Shown here: in pieces, positions 60,614 through 64,000 of the stretch
Position numbering within the stretch: the stretch's first letter is position 1
Layout: each line of letters starts with the position of its first letter
NCBI GenBank assembly: GCA_963770565.1
Contig: CAVYQE010000011.1
Coordinates: 640,001 to 704,000, forward strand
Direction of reading: 5' to 3'
Length of the DNA: 64,000 nucleotides
Source: an uncultured Actinomycetota bacterium
Lineage (GTDB): Bacteria; Actinomycetota; Actinomycetes; JAFAQI01
Made by a program: the position numbers and the translations under genes
The notes under the pieces: model-generated
What the model was told of the DNA's origin: nothing
Databases searched by the model: none
What the model saw: the letters and a program-made list of their open reading frames with translations, nothing else

Positions 60614-61600
60614 ATGCGCGACAAAACTGCCAACCCTCGGCCGCGCGAGGTGGCCCTCCTGGTCTATGACGGCGTGCAGATGTTCGACCTCGGGGTGGCG
60701 TGCGAGGTCTTCGGCGTCGACCAGTCCGAGCTGTTCGGTGTTCCGTGGTACCGGCTGTCGATGTGTGCGGCCGTGCCGGGCCCGGTCACGGTCGATGGCG
60801 GATACTCGTTGCAGGTGCCGTACGGGCTCGACCGGCTCCGCCGGGCCGAGACGATCGTCGTACCTCCGACCGAGCGCGCAGCCGAGGTGCCCGAGGAGGT
60901 TCTCGCGGCGCTGCGGCGGGCGCATGCCCGCGGCCGGCGGATCGTCTCGCTGTGCACCGGCGCCTTCGTGCTTGCCGCGGCCGGCTTGCTCGACGGCCGG
61001 CGGGCCACGACGCACTGGACCGAGTGCGATGCCTTAGCGCGGGCATTTCCGCGGGTCAACGTCGACCCCGACGTCTTGTACGTCGATGAGGGCGATCTGA
61101 TGACCTCGGCGGGCTCGGCCGCGGGGATCGATCTGCTGCTGCATGTCGTACGACAGGACTACGGCAGCGAGGTCGCCACCCAGCTCGCGCGCCAGTTGGT
61201 CGTGCCGCCGCACCGCGACGGCGGCCAGGCGCAATACATCGAGACACCGATGCCGAAGGTAGCCAGCACGAACCTGTTCGCCGAGACCGTCGACTGGTTG
61301 CAGCAGCACCTGGCCGAGCCGGTCACGATCGAGGACCTGGCGGGCCGCGCTGCGATGAGCCCACGGACGTTCGCGCGGCAGTTCCTCGCCAGCACCGGGA
61401 CGACGCCGTACCAGTGGTTGCTGCGGCAGCGGGTGCAACATGCGCAGCGACTGCTCGAGACCTCTGACCTGACCATCGACGTGGTGGCCTGGAAGAGCGG
61501 ATTCGTGAGCTCGGACAACCTGCGCAAGCACTTCAAGCGGAGCGTCAAGACCACACCGCAGGGCTACCGGAACGTCTTCAAGGCCAGGGTGGCCAGCTGA
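60614..61600 (+). CDS. GlxA/FtrA family AraC regulator (DJ-1/PfpI + HTH)
   Basis: SLCTGAFVLA, ATTHW, TSAG, RDGGQAQY, MSPRTFARQF. Confidence 0.95.
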   Translation: MRDKTANPRPREVALLVYDGVQMFDLGVACEVFGVDQSELFGVPWYRLSMCAAVPGPVTVDGGYSLQVPYGLDRLRRAETIVVPPTERAAEVPEEVLAALRRAHARGRRIVSLCTGAFVLAAAGLLDGRRATTHWTECDALARAFPRVNVDPDVLYVDEGDLMTSAGSAAGIDLLLHVVRQDYGSEVATQLARQLVVPPHRDGGQAQYIETPMPKVASTNLFAETVDWLQQHLAEPVTIEDLAGRAAMSPRTFARQFLASTGTTPYQWLLRQRVQHAQRLLETSDLTIDVVAWKSGFVSSDNLRKHFKRSVKTTPQGYRNVFKARVAS

Positions 61601-61610
61601 CTCGCTGGTG

Positions 61611-62420
61611 CTAGTGCAGCCCCGCGGCGAACACCCGGTCCTCGGTCGACTTCTTGGCCGGCACACCCTGCAGGTCGCGCCGGGTGATCGCCAGAAACGC
61701 GACCAGCACAACGATCAGGCCGGTCGTGACCAGGCTGACGTGACCGTCGCCCCAGCCTCGCCCGCCAACCTTGGTCGACTTGCCGAGCCAGTCCGCAACC
61801 GATGCGCCAAGCGGCCGGGTCAGCACGTAGGCGGTCCAGAAGGTCAGGATCGGGTTGGCGCCGAACCCCCAGAAGGCGACCGCCGGGATGATGATCAAAC
61901 CGGCGAACAGCAGCGCGGAGGAGAAGTAGCCGAGGTGCAGCGTGGTCGCGGTCAGGTCACCCACCGCTGTGCCGAGGGCGAAGGTCGCCACCACGGTCGC
62001 CCAGTAGAACGCCTCCCGGCGGAAGGTGTCGACGCTGTGGATCGACAGCGTGCCCTCGGTGTGCTGCCAGGTGACGAACACGGCGGCGAGTGCGACGGCG
62101 TAGAGCGCCGATGAGGCGATGTAGGGGACCCCGAAGCCGACGTGGAGAACGTCGGCGGCCATCGTGCCGAACACGCCGACCATCACGACCGCGAACCAGT
62201 AGGTCCAGGCCAGGTAGCGCCGCATCGACAGTTGCACCGCGAGCGCAGCGACGAAGCCGGCGAACCCGATCAGCACGGCGACCTTAGGGTCGATCCGGTG
62301 GACCAGGTAGTCCGAGGTGGCCTCGCCCATCGCGGTCGACAACGCCTTGATGACCCAGAAGTAGATCGTGATCTCCGGCACCCGCAACGCTCGTGCGGTT
62401 GCCACTGCGCGGTTGGTCAT
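61611..62420 (-). CDS. COG4705 / DUF347 membrane protein
   Basis: VPEITIYFWVIK..ST.MGE, REAFYW, LGTAVGD, YVLTRPLGAS. Confidence 0.92.
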   Translation of the reverse strand: MTNRAVATARALRVPEITIYFWVIKALSTAMGEATSDYLVHRIDPKVAVLIGFAGFVAALAVQLSMRRYLAWTYWFAVVMVGVFGTMAADVLHVGFGVPYIASSALYAVALAAVFVTWQHTEGTLSIHSVDTFRREAFYWATVVATFALGTAVGDLTATTLHLGYFSSALLFAGLIIIPAVAFWGFGANPILTFWTAYVLTRPLGASVADWLGKSTKVGGRGWGDGHVSLVTTGLIVVLVAFLAITRRDLQGVPAKKSTEDRVFAAGLH

Positions 62421-62544
62421 GGCGCCTCCTCGCCGATCACTACAGCATGTCGTAGCTGAGGCAAACCTGAAGAGCGTTTCAGCCTTTGCGGGCCGAGCGA
62501 GATCGGGCTGGTCGGGCCAGTGGCGTGCATGCCAGTGTGGTCGG

Positions 62545-63159
62545 GTGTTGTTCGAACAGCGGCTGAAGGTCGGGATCCACGACGGGTCGATCACGGTGAT
62601 CTTCCGCCGGTGGAAGCGGCCCCAGGTCGTCGCCGGTGGTCACTACCGGACCGGGGTCGACATGATCGCGGTCGACACGGTCGATGTGGTTGCGCCCTCG
62701 GCCATCACTCTCCGGGACGCCAAACGGGCCGGCTACCTCTCCGTCGAGGCAGTGGTGCGCGATCTTCGCGGAGCCGACGATCTGCCGGTCTACCGAATCC
62801 GGCTGCACCGGCTCGACTCGCCCGACCCGCGCGATGTCCTTGCTGCTGTGGCGGTGCTGAGCGCGGCCGAGGTCGCCGAGATCGACAAACGGCTGGCCCG
62901 GCTGGATGCGGCCAGCTCGCACGGCCCATGGACGAGCCGCGCGTTGGGAATGATCGCGGAGCAACCCGACGTACGAGCACCCGACCTTGCTGCGTCGGTC
63001 GGGCTAGAGACGGCCGTCTTCAAGCTCGACATCCGCAAGCTCAAGGCGCTCGGTCTCACGTTGAGCCAGCCGGTCGGCTACCGGTTGTCGCGGCGCGGCC
63101 GCGCTTACCGGACGGCGGTCGCGGACCGCGCGGAGCGCTTGGAGACAATGACATCGTGA
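62545..63159 (+). CDS. ASCH-domain protein with C-terminal wHTH-like region
   Basis: GI.DGSITV.FRRWKRP.V..G, IT..DA..AG, FK.DIRKLK.LGLT.S..VGYRLS. Confidence 0.82.
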   Translation: MLFEQRLKVGIHDGSITVIFRRWKRPQVVAGGHYRTGVDMIAVDTVDVVAPSAITLRDAKRAGYLSVEAVVRDLRGADDLPVYRIRLHRLDSPDPRDVLAAVAVLSAAEVAEIDKRLARLDAASSHGPWTSRALGMIAEQPDVRAPDLAASVGLETAVFKLDIRKLKALGLTLSQPVGYRLSRRGRAYRTAVADRAERLETMTS

Positions 63160-63548
63160 CATCACTAGATGCCGAGGAACTGCTGGTCACGCACATCAGC
63201 AACCACGACTACGCGGACACGGTCCAGCGACTGGAAGCCGAGCTGGCCCGGCGCCTGGTCCCGGTCTTCGCCCGGATCGACCACGCCGCCAATGCGAGCG
63301 CGGTCGGCCTCGACATGCCGCCGACGATGGTGCTGGTCTTCGGCAACCCGAAGGCCGGTACGCCGGTCATGCTCCAGCAGCCCGAGATCGCGATCGAGCT
63401 CCCGCTCCGAATCCTGGTTCGCCAGGCCGGCGAGGACGTGATGGTGCAATATCGCGATCCTGCCGAGCTCGCCGAGAGCTATGGGTTGGCCGACGATGTG
63501 GTCGCACCGTTCCACGTGATCGCCGACATCATCAACACCGCGCTGTAG
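63156..63548 (+). CDS. DUF302 domain protein
   Basis: FARIDHA, VFGNPKAGTP.M, ELPLRILV. Confidence 0.9.
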   Translation: MTSLDAEELLVTHISNHDYADTVQRLEAELARRLVPVFARIDHAANASAVGLDMPPTMVLVFGNPKAGTPVMLQQPEIAIELPLRILVRQAGEDVMVQYRDPAELAESYGLADDVVAPFHVIADIINTAL

Positions 63549-63578
63549 CCGAGGTCCAGCGCCGAACCGTGGTGCTCG

Positions 63579-64000
63579 TCACCGGATCGGGTCGGCGGCT
63601 GCGGCGGCCCGCAGGACGGTCGCGTCTGCCCAACGCCGTCCGATCAGTTGGAGGCCCACCGGCAGGCCGTCGCGCCCAGTGCCGATCGGGATGGATGCGG
63701 CGGGCAGGCCGGCGAGGTTGGCCGGCAGCGCAAGTGCGCACCACGCGTCGAACGACTCGGGCACCGGTTGGCCGTCGATGGTGGCCGGCGCTAGCCGGCC
63801 GACCTCGAACGCGGTGACCGGCATCGTGGGTGTCAGCAGCACGTCGAAGTTGTCGAAGAAGGCGTCCCACATCGTGGCGTACAGGGCTCGCTCGTGTTGC
63901 GAGTCGAGATACTGCCGGGCTGAGTACGACGCGCCGGCCATGGCGATCGCGGCGGCGTCGGCGCCGACCAGCGCCGGATTCGCCTCAACCAGCGGCCCCT
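63579..64000 (-). CDS. Amidase (amidase-signature family), C-terminal part; start outside window
   Basis: DVLLTPT, NLAGLPAASIP.G, GLPVGLQLIG..W.D..VL. Confidence 0.9.
   Translation of the reverse strand, partial: GPLVEANPALVGADAAAIAMAGASYSARQYLDSQHERALYATMWDAFFDNFDVLLTPTMPVTAFEVGRLAPATIDGQPVPESFDAWCALALPANLAGLPAASIPIGTGRDGLPVGLQLIGRRWADATVLRAAAAADPIR

Overview
High-GC actinobacterial chromosomal window with about 55 protein-coding genes. I found no rRNA, tRNA or CRISPR array. Left arm (1-18.7 kb): nucleotide-sugar dehydrogenase (partial), a tiny Cys-rich protein, an FAD oxidoreductase, several secreted proteins (one Gly-rich/beta-helix), two c-di-GMP enzymes, a form II-like Cox/xanthine-dehydrogenase LSM cluster and a 166-bp MITE-like hairpin element. 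Core (18.8-53.7 kb): ABC exporter, P-type ATPase, a 9-gene V/A-type ATPase operon, an IS630 element inserted into the 3' end of a small gene, class I FBP aldolase, GAPDH, a 2-oxoacid:ferredoxin oxidoreductase operon ending in a GltD/DsrL-like flavoprotein-ferredoxin fusion, DUF1918, an Rv2004c-like kinase, acetate kinase, phosphoketolase and an Acg-family protein. Most of these core operons are preceded by DosR/DevR-type palindromes (GGGAC-N4-GTCCC-like). The region therefore reads as a hypoxia-induced fermentation and ion-pumping island, and it includes two paralogous ~70-aa uncharacterised proteins. Right arm (53.7-64 kb): a papain-like protease with an RHH-like tail, an ATP-grasp/NylB-like/C45 trio, a GlxA-type regulator, COG4705, ASCH, DUF302 and an amidase (partial). 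Two genes carry single-base frameshifts. All family assignments come from motif recognition by eye; no database searches were run.
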